Assembly: GCA_964594865.1 (NCBI GenBank)
Contig: CAZQMZ010000001.1
Coordinates: 82,982-146,981 of the forward strand
Direction of reading: 5' to 3'
Origin: an uncultured Lachnospiraceae bacterium
Lineage (GTDB): Bacteria; Bacillota; Clostridia; Christensenellales; UBA1242
Length of the DNA stretch: 64,000 bases
The notes below the pieces were generated by a model. It made no database searches. It was not told the origin of the DNA and saw nothing but the letters and a program-made list of their open reading frames with translations. This document shows positions 11,201 through 18,827 of the stretch, in pieces (the first letter of the stretch is position 1; each line of letters opens with the position of its first letter). A program made the translations under genes and the position numbers.

Positions 11201-14200
11201 AGCGTCATTCATTGTCACACTCTATCCAACCACTGCAACCAACATCAACGTTGCTCCAAGAGTGGACTTCATTAGCTCGAACGGAAATCCTTACAGCAAC
11301 ATGGTGACATCCACAGTCACTTCTTTGGGAAATGGACAATTTTTGATAACACTCTCTTGCGAGTCTTTCTATCAAGCAAATATGTCAGACATAACAAACA
11401 TTGACGACGACACACCTCTTTCCGGAACGATTTATATTTATCCTTCCGAGTGGGGAGATTCCATTTCTTCAATCGACTCTGGACTCAGTCCAATTATCCT
11501 TTCGGTGCGATATCGAAATGGTTCGGCGGCAAACCCATATCTTTTGGAAAGTGCGGAAGATGTGCTTGCCATAAACTCCAACGAAACCACACTTCAAAGT
11601 CACTATGAAATCAGTTCAGTGATTGATATGTCAAGTGTGACAAGTGCAACTCCAATCGGCATCATTGTGAACGGAAGTCAATATTCAATCGTGGGGTTTA
11701 GTGGTTCCATTGTGGGCTCAACTTCTCAGGCGGCAATCACCAACATCAATATAACAGACTCCAATTTCACTTCAAGTGGATATTCTGGACTTTTTGCCAT
11801 AATAAATGAAGGCGCAAGCATTGAAAATGTTTCCATAACAGGCACAATCAACTTTTCAAATGCAATCGCTTCGGGGGCGTACATCGGACTTTTGACGGCA
11901 ATAAACTATGGAACACTTGAGAATGTTGGGGTTACGATAAACAGCAGTTCAAGCGAATATAACTTGTCTGTTTCAAGCGGCGGACAGCTCTATTTTGGTG
12001 GACTTGTTGGCATAAACATCGGCTCAATCATACAAGATTTCAGTTTGTTTGAAAGCTCTGGCTTGACATCCAAAAATTTGGCTTATTTCAACGATTATCT
12101 CAACATTTCTGTCAGTGGTTCGGCACTCATCTATGTCGGCGGAGTGGCAGGGGCTTCTTTGGGAGTTATTGAAAGAATTTCGCCGTCTTCATCTTATAAA
12201 CTATATGGTTACACCGGATATTCGGCATATACGCTCATAAATGTTGTGGGCTCAACTTCGGGCACAATCAATGTCGGTGGAATTGTTGGATATGCGACAT
12301 ATAATCTTTTCAATAGTGGAATTACAAGTGGAAACACACTTTCCAACCTTCTTGTTGGTGGTGAGATTTCCACTATGGGTGTTTCATTATCTTCTTCGGG
12401 TTCGGACAGAGTTGGTGGAATTGCAGGACTTGTGGACACATTGAACTCGTCAACCATAAACATTGAAGATAACACTTCTCGCGTTTTCCTTCGTGGAAAT
12501 GCTTATGTTGGTGGAATTGTTGGCTATGACACATATCCATCTGCCCAAGGTGGCTATGATCAGCAAAATTTGACCACTTTTGGCGAAGGAAACATCATTC
12601 AGGCGGTGGACGATGCCAGAGGTGCGTTCTATTCGGCGAGCATAATCAGAACATCCTTGATTTCTTCAACTGTGGAAACGGAAAGCAGGGACGAAAGTTT
12701 TTATCAATTTTATTACGCAATCGGAAACTACAAAACTTCGGAAAATGAACGCACATACACTGACACATCTTTCTCCGCTTATTCATATTTGACGCGTGAT
12801 CCAATAAATTATTCCGAAGGTGGCAGCTTGGATTTTACAAGCACTGACAAATATTATGGTGACTATCTCGTTGTCGACGCGGAAGATTTTGAAATTGTTT
12901 ATGCATATTTCTTTGATGAAGATGAAGATTATGCCGGAGTTGTGGTTGGCAACAGTGGATTCAGTTTGACAGGGGAAGATTCATCAATCTATGCTTATTT
13001 GCTCTTCTATTTCCAAGTGACTGACGATTTGTCGGGTTCTTTGGGTTCGGCGGCACAAGAAAACATTGTTGGATTGAATTATTTCACACCAAACTCTCAA
13101 TTCTATCCATTTGTGTTGGACAGCCAAGATGTCAGCATTTCAGCTTCAACTTCTTCGATTTTGTCCATTGATTCAAACGGAAACATGACGGTCAGTGGAA
13201 CGGGATATGCCGAAATTTCTCTTTCAAGCATACTCAATGTCAACGATTCACAAAAGATATATATTTATGTGGTAAATTATTTTGACAACACCGTCCAAAC
13301 TTCAATTTTCTATGATTCGCCATCTCACAGCGGTTCAAATATAACAGGCGGAAAGAGAATTATTTATGGCAATTCTTCTTCCAGCGTTTATGTTGTGCCA
13401 ACATACACTTTGAGTGGCGGACAAGATTCTGACGGCGTGTCCTTCACAATAACCGAAGCCGGCATTTTGCAATATAAGGGCGTGAGCTATTTCCTTGCTA
13501 AAAACACGCAAATCACTGCCAATGTTGAGAATGTGTCATATTTGCAATATTCCACTGATTATTTTGTCAAATATGCAGATTTGACTGATGAAGGTGGGAT
13601 AAGATACATCAATAGTGTTGAGGTCACAGAGGGTGAAAGTGGCTATGCTGTGGATGAAGATGGAAATTATTACGTCTATGTCGGTGGAGAATACATCAAA
13701 GTTGACATTGATGGATATAAATTGGATGAAAACGGCAACAAAGTTTTGATCAATTTCTCGAGTGTTCAAGTGAGCAAACAAACAATCTCGTTCTATAAAA
13801 CAAGCTCATCAACCAATGCGGGAGACACAGACATATACACTCTTGTGCCGGTGCTTCAAGTTGTCATCAATGGACAAACTTTCACTTATGTTTTGTCTGG
13901 CTCTGCAATCACTTTGACGTTGGAATATCAAGAAACGGCAACGGAAATCAACAGCAAACACACAACAAATTCACTGCAAACAAACACTTCTTTTGAAGAA
14001 ACAATTTCCATCACTTCTTCAAATCAACAAGACTATTTGTTCTATTACATCACTGGTCCAAGTCGTGAATATATTCAAAGCAGAATGCCGAGTGTGGTTG
14101 GAATTTATTATGACAATTTTGGAGAACAGACTGATTATGAAACCTACATGAACTCATATTCTTCGGCCGATTTGTTTATAATCAAAATCACAAGACAAGA

Positions 14201-17200
14201 AGGCACAAATGTTTTTGATTTGAAATGTTCAATAAACACTGACAGCACACTATATAAAAACCGATTCAGCGAAAATATTTATGGCGAATATATTTTCACA
14301 TTCTATGCAAGTGAACTTGAAGACGGTGTTGAATGTTATTTCAGAGTCTTTTTGGATGAGGCAACTTTGGAATATGTGAGTGTGAACAACTATTCCAACA
14401 TAAACGATGCTTCACAAACTGATGAGGTGATTGTTCCTTCTCAACGTGGACTTTTGGAAATCATTCTTGACCCAACTGAAGCCTCATTCAACAGTTTGAC
14501 AATTTCAAACAACAGCATAAACAGTCTTGACGGAGCAGGAATTGCCACATTCACTTTTGTATATTCCACAGAATCAGACTATGTTTTGGCAACGAATGTT
14601 GGAACTTATTCCGACGGAGCTTTGACCTTGACATATGAAGAAATCATAAGTTTCTATGAATATTTAAATGAGCAGAATTCTGAAATTTCATATTCATACA
14701 ACGGTCGAATTTACGTTGCATATTATCTCGCTTCAAACGGCGTGGATGACAATGTTGACATCAAATTTGATGTGACGATTGACTATGGCTCAAATGGCGA
14801 TGTTTATCAAACATCTTTGGCTTTGGTGACAAAGTTGACGAATTATATCAGTGTTGAATTTGAAGGCAAAGATCTCATCAACAACAAATATTATGTTGCG
14901 CGTGGACTTTCATACAACCTGACTCTAAATTCTTTTGGCTTCACCACCGAGCAGTTGAACAACATAACCTATGAAATCTCCGATGACAGCCTTGTCTCTT
15001 TGCAATCTAATGGAGTGAGTGGTTATGTGCTCACTATCACAAGCGACAGAATCACATATTCCAGCAGTGAGGAAGGGCGCGAGGTGACAATCCATTTCAC
15101 CGCAGAAAAGACGGTTGACGACGAAACGGTGACTTGTGAATATACTTTGACGTTCTATATCATGGAATATGTTCTCAATTATCAATATGTTGAAGGTGTC
15201 TTTGAAGATGTTGTCTATGGAATGAGTGACGGAGTGATCAGTGTTGCCATTGGAAATCCATACACTCTTCAATTCGACATAACTGATTTCATGGAATACA
15301 ACTCTTCTGACTCGGAAATTGTGGCAGAAGTGAACACTTTCCTGGACAGTATGACTCAAAACATAACCTGGAAAGTGTATGAAGGAGGGCAGGAATATAC
15401 TCTTGAACAAAACAGGTCTATAAGTTCGGATTATTATCAAATCTCGTCCTTCACAGTCACTCCAATTCAACTTTATGACCCAACAAGTGAGATATATTAT
15501 TTCTCTGCCGAAGCGTATTACACCATGAGTGGTGGAATATATTCATATACCGAACTTTTGAACAATCGAATTTACACAGAATTTTCTTTCAGTGTGCACA
15601 ATCAAAGCACACAAGAAAGTCCAATTCCAATCAGGACATATGAAGAATTTATTGCAATGGAAGAAGATTCTTGGTATATCCTTTTGGATGACATAACCTT
15701 GCCAAATTCCACTGAAACCGAACAATTCACACCAATATCCACTGCAATTGCCGGACTTGATGGAAATGGGTATTCTATCTATTTCAGCGGAACATATAAT
15801 TTCGACACCGCGAGCGTTGGTGTGTTCAGCACGGTGAGCTCTGACACGATTTTGCAAAATGTTACTGTTGAACTTCTTTCCAACACCACTTTCAACATGA
15901 GTGTTTCCACCTTTGAAGTCGGGCTTTTGGCAGCGATAAACAACGGGATAATCACAAACTGTGAAGTGGGCTCGATTGGAACAGCAAGTTTGTCTGTTTT
16001 ATATTCAATCAGTGTTTCTTCTTCATATGTTGCAGGTTTGGTTGCCGAAAACAATGGATATATCACAAATTCACGTTCAACAGTCAGCACCATTTACACT
16101 CAGGTCAACATTGCAGGCTTTGTTGCTGAAAATTATGGACACATTGCAAGCTCTTATTTCCGCGGAGGCAGTCTTGTCAGTGTGACACAAGGCACAGCAA
16201 ACATTGCTGGATTTGTGTTGACCAACTCAGGTGAAATTTACACTTCCTATGTGAGCGGTGAAAGTTCAAACAATGCAAACTCAATGTATTACACCGGCAC
16301 GGACAACGGGATTCGTTCCAGCAGTGCTATTGCCGGATTTGTCTTCTCCAACAGTGGCGCTGTTTATGATTGTTATTCCAACATTCTCTTGACCAACACC
16401 GGTTACAACGCTTCCGGTTTTGTTGATGAAAACACGGGCCGTATTGAACGGTGCTTCTCAATCAGTGTGCTTGGAGATGATGACTCTTCAAACTATGGCT
16501 TTGTGAGAATCAATGACATTGATGATGAAGAAGACGGAATTGTTGATTGCTATTATCTCTCCGATTCTGAGTTGATGGTCAACCAAAATGTCACCAACAA
16601 CTATAGTGAAGTCGAAGTGTTGACAGAGGAAGATTTCGCCAATATCGACGAATATTTCTCAAACTATGTCGTTGCCGATGGACGTGACATCAACTCTGTT
16701 TGGTTCTTCAACGACAATGCTTCTGACACATCCAATTTCAATGGCAAAGAATTCAATATTGGACGAATTGAACTTGTTTCAGCCAACGTTGTGGCATATT
16801 CAAGAAGAGTATATGATCATGCCGAAACAGTGACGGTGACTGACACATCAACAGGGACGTCAGTGACATATGTGGAATATGTATACACCTATGCAAGCGA
16901 CGGCTATGCTCTTGGTTCGACATATAATCCAATTTTAATAAGCAGTGCAGAAGAGTTTGAAACATACATCGCACAAGAGTGCAATTCGGCGGGATATAAC
17001 TATTCTTATTACAGATTCATCAGCGACATTGATTATTCTGACTATCTGTATAACAGTTCTCTCTATACCACCAAATTTGTTGGATATTTGGAAGGTAACT
17101 TCATGACTTTGAGCAACATTACGTTGATTTCAAGCAGTTCGTCTTTGACCTATGCGGGACTCTTTGCCGAAATTGGCAATTCTTCCAATGTCAGCGCCAT

Positions 17201-18569
17201 TGGCACGGTGATGAATTTCACATACATTCCAGCAGAAGTCAACTTTGCGTCAGCAAATGTTGTCGGGGCGCTTGCTGGAAGATTGAATGGGGGCACGATC
17301 TATAACATCTATATCGAAGACGGCGAAGGCAACACCATCACCGGAAACAACATTGTCGGTGGTGTGGTTGGTTTGACAACAGGTGAGTTTAGCATAAAAA
17401 ATGTCTATTCCACATACAACACAATTGCAAGAAACAGTTTGGTATCTCAAAGTAATGATTTTATCACCGGCACGACATCATATTCCAACTATTCTTTCGC
17501 CGGAGTAATTGTCGGTGTGCTCAGCGGAACAGGAACGATTTATAACACCAAAATTGACACTGTTGTTTCCTCAATTGCTGACAAAGCCGGTTTGATGTTT
17601 GGGCTTATTGACACCAACGCAACTGTCTATAACGCAGAATTGGAAGTGCAAAGTGACATGTTGTTGAATGGATATTCATATGCCGGTTTGGTGGCTGGTG
17701 AAAGCCGAGGAACTGTCATAAATGTTTCCATCACTGGAAGTGGCACGTTCACGAATTTCAGGACTTCACCATATGTTGCAACGGCGGTTGGAGGCTTTGC
17801 TGGACTTGTCAGCGGTGGAACTTTGACGAACATCAAAATGGAAGAGAACATTTCAATAAGCACAGAAAGCACCGAGAGTGCCATTGAAAATTTGGGTGGA
17901 ATTGCCGGCATGATCACTGCTTCTGTCACAATGGAAAACATCGAAGTGAATGCCGACATCACAGGCTTTTCTGCCGTGGGCGGAGTTGTTGGATATATCA
18001 ACAATCAAAGTGGCGGTTATGTGACATTCAGAAATGTTTCTGTGGAAGGAACTTTCAGTGCAATCGGCATCAAACAAACTGTTGTGGCTGTTGGTGGACT
18101 TGCTGGACGTGTGGCCACGAGCACACAAATATATTTGACTTCCACATATGTCGAAGAGGCCTACAACACAAACACCTTTGACATTGATGTATTGGCTGGA
18201 ACATATAACTATGGCACCACTACGTCAATCGGAGTTGGCGGTCTGATTGGACTGAACGAAAGCACATATTCACACATTGTTGAATATGCAATTGTTTCAT
18301 TGACCGGAGAAGCATATATGTATGATTTGTCCTATTCAAACGCATCTGAAACAACTGAAACAATTTCAACAAATGGAGGCGTTTTAACTTCGACATCATT
18401 GCGTGAAGGTGAGATTATTGGCATTGTGACAAACAATTACAGTGCCACAGGCTCCACATATGACTGCAATTTGTCATATTCTTTCACCTATGTGGAAGGT
18501 GAAAATGACATAAGTACGGCTGTTTGTCAAATTTTGGTGAATTTCTTTGGAGCTATTGCAACCGCATAA
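8247..18569 (+). CDS. giant (3,440 aa) surface lipoprotein with an N-terminal Ig-like region and three GLUG-motif/beta-helix-like modules
   Basis: Uninterrupted 10.3-kb ORF 35 nt after the ATPase gene. Signal and lipobox MTKVLKNILISLLGAFMFMFAGIFFVGC. First domain is Big_2-like (VGESVTITF...GTGTLLVTS). Repeated xVGGIVGY / IAGFVxxNxGxI motifs lie at about nt 11520-12700, 15610-16600 and 16920-18300. No LPXTG motif and no C-terminal TM helix. Confidence 0.85.
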   Translation: MTKVLKNILISLLGAFMFMFAGIFFVGCGSVDYSKIKIVSNVEGSVVLGVGESVTITFTIEGYQSGFNNQVSLSGQDEVFTYSEPNYSSSDSSQFTVTVTGVAGGTGTLLVTSVEGQKQCEVDISVEQSTTSISSNNEILYVTNGTDFVPNYSMFTFDPNTTDRDLSYYFVVLSEISDTDYASFFLKYNLVGIDAENGIGYFNDDSSSDPIERPIYQFESVTLDENGNLFLIYDGQSTSIDLQSEFEFMAVYDSSVGSENILFAHATVYVLPSLSATVTGGYLQTDGTVEFESVLDEIVIVPESSYLSKYLIRVEMNNIDSDFDIIFTPTISNDNVSITRYYYNDDDSDTNILYFLISQNVIVSSSTDFSLNIYYSVAQDIADENVNFNVDFSISTQIAPTKITINETLVQNEMALTLYHNALEGYGWEEIRVDILSDCGTEPNYDGIYLVFDENLVEVLYNNVNISSGEIIDDISVSIYVRGKGSQATETSIRVYVSSSITNSTDWAQEWDEEREDGYIEIPCSIISAPTTILVDATYNIGELYVSYTGGTVSFDEQLYTEAMFKSATITFSSGTDVVNISTNSSTPYVYADGRYYLNLTVTPKAVGMGRYIVTLDTGATLVITFQSVQVLESESISVALTNEDNDNVRAYSLSRTSGSEFDNVINLEIQNTYSNGSISYGSTASFVISGNYTSLISSGVSGVVRVLQSDSTFRLTTITDGDTYFLIEISGYSIHDFGYTMVSYFVYVYVSSYSLVNEYSLRSEGETVLSTTLYYGTDTYSSVQYSAYVDNTDAKNFLQLTFTTSGLREIFGSNDETFLITKAKEYDNYYTQELVYQTYDSKYVYFYVLDSEGNALTRTTTTVSFYINNVLQKTVTLSFDNGLMFYSDVMSFEYQIEDQTYTVTAQFSNVFSLVGGYGTFDVTTFTYTNTYSSAYTFVLRSLLSQRNLTKRYDVRISVSRFQSVENISLLSSETEINFTNETLTASFIVTLYPTTATNINVAPRVDFISSNGNPYSNMVTSTVTSLGNGQFLITLSCESFYQANMSDITNIDDDTPLSGTIYIYPSEWGDSISSIDSGLSPIILSVRYRNGSAANPYLLESAEDVLAINSNETTLQSHYEISSVIDMSSVTSATPIGIIVNGSQYSIVGFSGSIVGSTSQAAITNINITDSNFTSSGYSGLFAIINEGASIENVSITGTINFSNAIASGAYIGLLTAINYGTLENVGVTINSSSSEYNLSVSSGGQLYFGGLVGINIGSIIQDFSLFESSGLTSKNLAYFNDYLNISVSGSALIYVGGVAGASLGVIERISPSSSYKLYGYTGYSAYTLINVVGSTSGTINVGGIVGYATYNLFNSGITSGNTLSNLLVGGEISTMGVSLSSSGSDRVGGIAGLVDTLNSSTINIEDNTSRVFLRGNAYVGGIVGYDTYPSAQGGYDQQNLTTFGEGNIIQAVDDARGAFYSASIIRTSLISSTVETESRDESFYQFYYAIGNYKTSENERTYTDTSFSAYSYLTRDPINYSEGGSLDFTSTDKYYGDYLVVDAEDFEIVYAYFFDEDEDYAGVVVGNSGFSLTGEDSSIYAYLLFYFQVTDDLSGSLGSAAQENIVGLNYFTPNSQFYPFVLDSQDVSISASTSSILSIDSNGNMTVSGTGYAEISLSSILNVNDSQKIYIYVVNYFDNTVQTSIFYDSPSHSGSNITGGKRIIYGNSSSSVYVVPTYTLSGGQDSDGVSFTITEAGILQYKGVSYFLAKNTQITANVENVSYLQYSTDYFVKYADLTDEGGIRYINSVEVTEGESGYAVDEDGNYYVYVGGEYIKVDIDGYKLDENGNKVLINFSSVQVSKQTISFYKTSSSTNAGDTDIYTLVPVLQVVINGQTFTYVLSGSAITLTLEYQETATEINSKHTTNSLQTNTSFEETISITSSNQQDYLFYYITGPSREYIQSRMPSVVGIYYDNFGEQTDYETYMNSYSSADLFIIKITRQEGTNVFDLKCSINTDSTLYKNRFSENIYGEYIFTFYASELEDGVECYFRVFLDEATLEYVSVNNYSNINDASQTDEVIVPSQRGLLEIILDPTEASFNSLTISNNSINSLDGAGIATFTFVYSTESDYVLATNVGTYSDGALTLTYEEIISFYEYLNEQNSEISYSYNGRIYVAYYLASNGVDDNVDIKFDVTIDYGSNGDVYQTSLALVTKLTNYISVEFEGKDLINNKYYVARGLSYNLTLNSFGFTTEQLNNITYEISDDSLVSLQSNGVSGYVLTITSDRITYSSSEEGREVTIHFTAEKTVDDETVTCEYTLTFYIMEYVLNYQYVEGVFEDVVYGMSDGVISVAIGNPYTLQFDITDFMEYNSSDSEIVAEVNTFLDSMTQNITWKVYEGGQEYTLEQNRSISSDYYQISSFTVTPIQLYDPTSEIYYFSAEAYYTMSGGIYSYTELLNNRIYTEFSFSVHNQSTQESPIPIRTYEEFIAMEEDSWYILLDDITLPNSTETEQFTPISTAIAGLDGNGYSIYFSGTYNFDTASVGVFSTVSSDTILQNVTVELLSNTTFNMSVSTFEVGLLAAINNGIITNCEVGSIGTASLSVLYSISVSSSYVAGLVAENNGYITNSRSTVSTIYTQVNIAGFVAENYGHIASSYFRGGSLVSVTQGTANIAGFVLTNSGEIYTSYVSGESSNNANSMYYTGTDNGIRSSSAIAGFVFSNSGAVYDCYSNILLTNTGYNASGFVDENTGRIERCFSISVLGDDDSSNYGFVRINDIDDEEDGIVDCYYLSDSELMVNQNVTNNYSEVEVLTEEDFANIDEYFSNYVVADGRDINSVWFFNDNASDTSNFNGKEFNIGRIELVSANVVAYSRRVYDHAETVTVTDTSTGTSVTYVEYVYTYASDGYALGSTYNPILISSAEEFETYIAQECNSAGYNYSYYRFISDIDYSDYLYNSSLYTTKFVGYLEGNFMTLSNITLISSSSSLTYAGLFAEIGNSSNVSAIGTVMNFTYIPAEVNFASANVVGALAGRLNGGTIYNIYIEDGEGNTITGNNIVGGVVGLTTGEFSIKNVYSTYNTIARNSLVSQSNDFITGTTSYSNYSFAGVIVGVLSGTGTIYNTKIDTVVSSIADKAGLMFGLIDTNATVYNAELEVQSDMLLNGYSYAGLVAGESRGTVINVSITGSGTFTNFRTSPYVATAVGGFAGLVSGGTLTNIKMEENISISTESTESAIENLGGIAGMITASVTMENIEVNADITGFSAVGGVVGYINNQSGGYVTFRNVSVEGTFSAIGIKQTVVAVGGLAGRVATSTQIYLTSTYVEEAYNTNTFDIDVLAGTYNYGTTTSIGVGGLIGLNESTYSHIVEYAIVSLTGEAYMYDLSYSNASETTETISTNGGVLTSTSLREGEIIGIVTNNYSATGSTYDCNLSYSFTYVEGENDISTAVCQILVNFFGAIATA

Positions 18570-18603
18570 TTTTCAAATTCTTTTTGAAAATACGTCAAAT
18601 TTG

Positions 18604-18633
18604 TTGACTTTTTCAAAAAAGATTGGATATAAT
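18604..18633 (+). promoter_or_regulatory. candidate SigA-type promoter P1 upstream of rpoB
   Basis: TTGACT (18604-18609), 18-nt spacer, TATAAT (18628-18633). Confidence 0.5.
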
Positions 18634-18683
18634 TACTCTTAGTAATAAAAATTTGAAATTTTGAAATATTTTTCAAAAAAGTG

Positions 18684-18712
18684 TTGACATTTTGACGTAT
18701 ATTTGTTATAAT
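18684..18712 (+). promoter_or_regulatory. candidate SigA-type promoter P2 upstream of rpoB
   Basis: Consensus TTGACA (18684-18689), 17-nt spacer, TGtTATAAT (-10 at 18707-18712). Confidence 0.7.
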
Positions 18713-18770
18713 ACCTTGGTTAATTAGCGCTATGTCAATGATTTTTATGCTGTTTTAATTTAAAAATTAA

Positions 18771-18807
18771 GGGAACCCGAGGGATTTTCCTCGATGTTTC
18801 CTTTTTT
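18771..18807 (+). terminator. intrinsic-terminator-like hairpin within the rpoB leader (possible attenuator)
   Basis: GGGAAC (18771-76) pairs with GTTTCC (18796-801) and CGAGG (18778-82) with CCTCG (18889-93 read as 18789-18793), followed by TTTTTT (18802-07). It lies downstream of P1/P2 and 20 nt before the rpoB ATG. Confidence 0.55.
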
Positions 18808-18827
18808 GCGCGTAAGGAGAGGGGAAT

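Noticed and set aside
10437-15470. Minus-strand ORFs inside the giant gene (e.g. 10437-10967, 12209-12475, 14925-15470, 15543-16093, 17627-18128).
   Set aside because: They are antisense to a continuous 10.3-kb ORF with coherent repeat and domain structure. There are no start signals or motifs, so they are shadow ORFs.
18609-18681. A 13-nt direct repeat TTTTTCAAAAAAG (18609-21 and 18669-81) near the two rpoB promoters, as a possible regulator binding site.
   Set aside because: It is low-complexity T5-C-A6 sequence located differently relative to each -35 box, so it is likely chance or promoter UP-element-like AT tracts.
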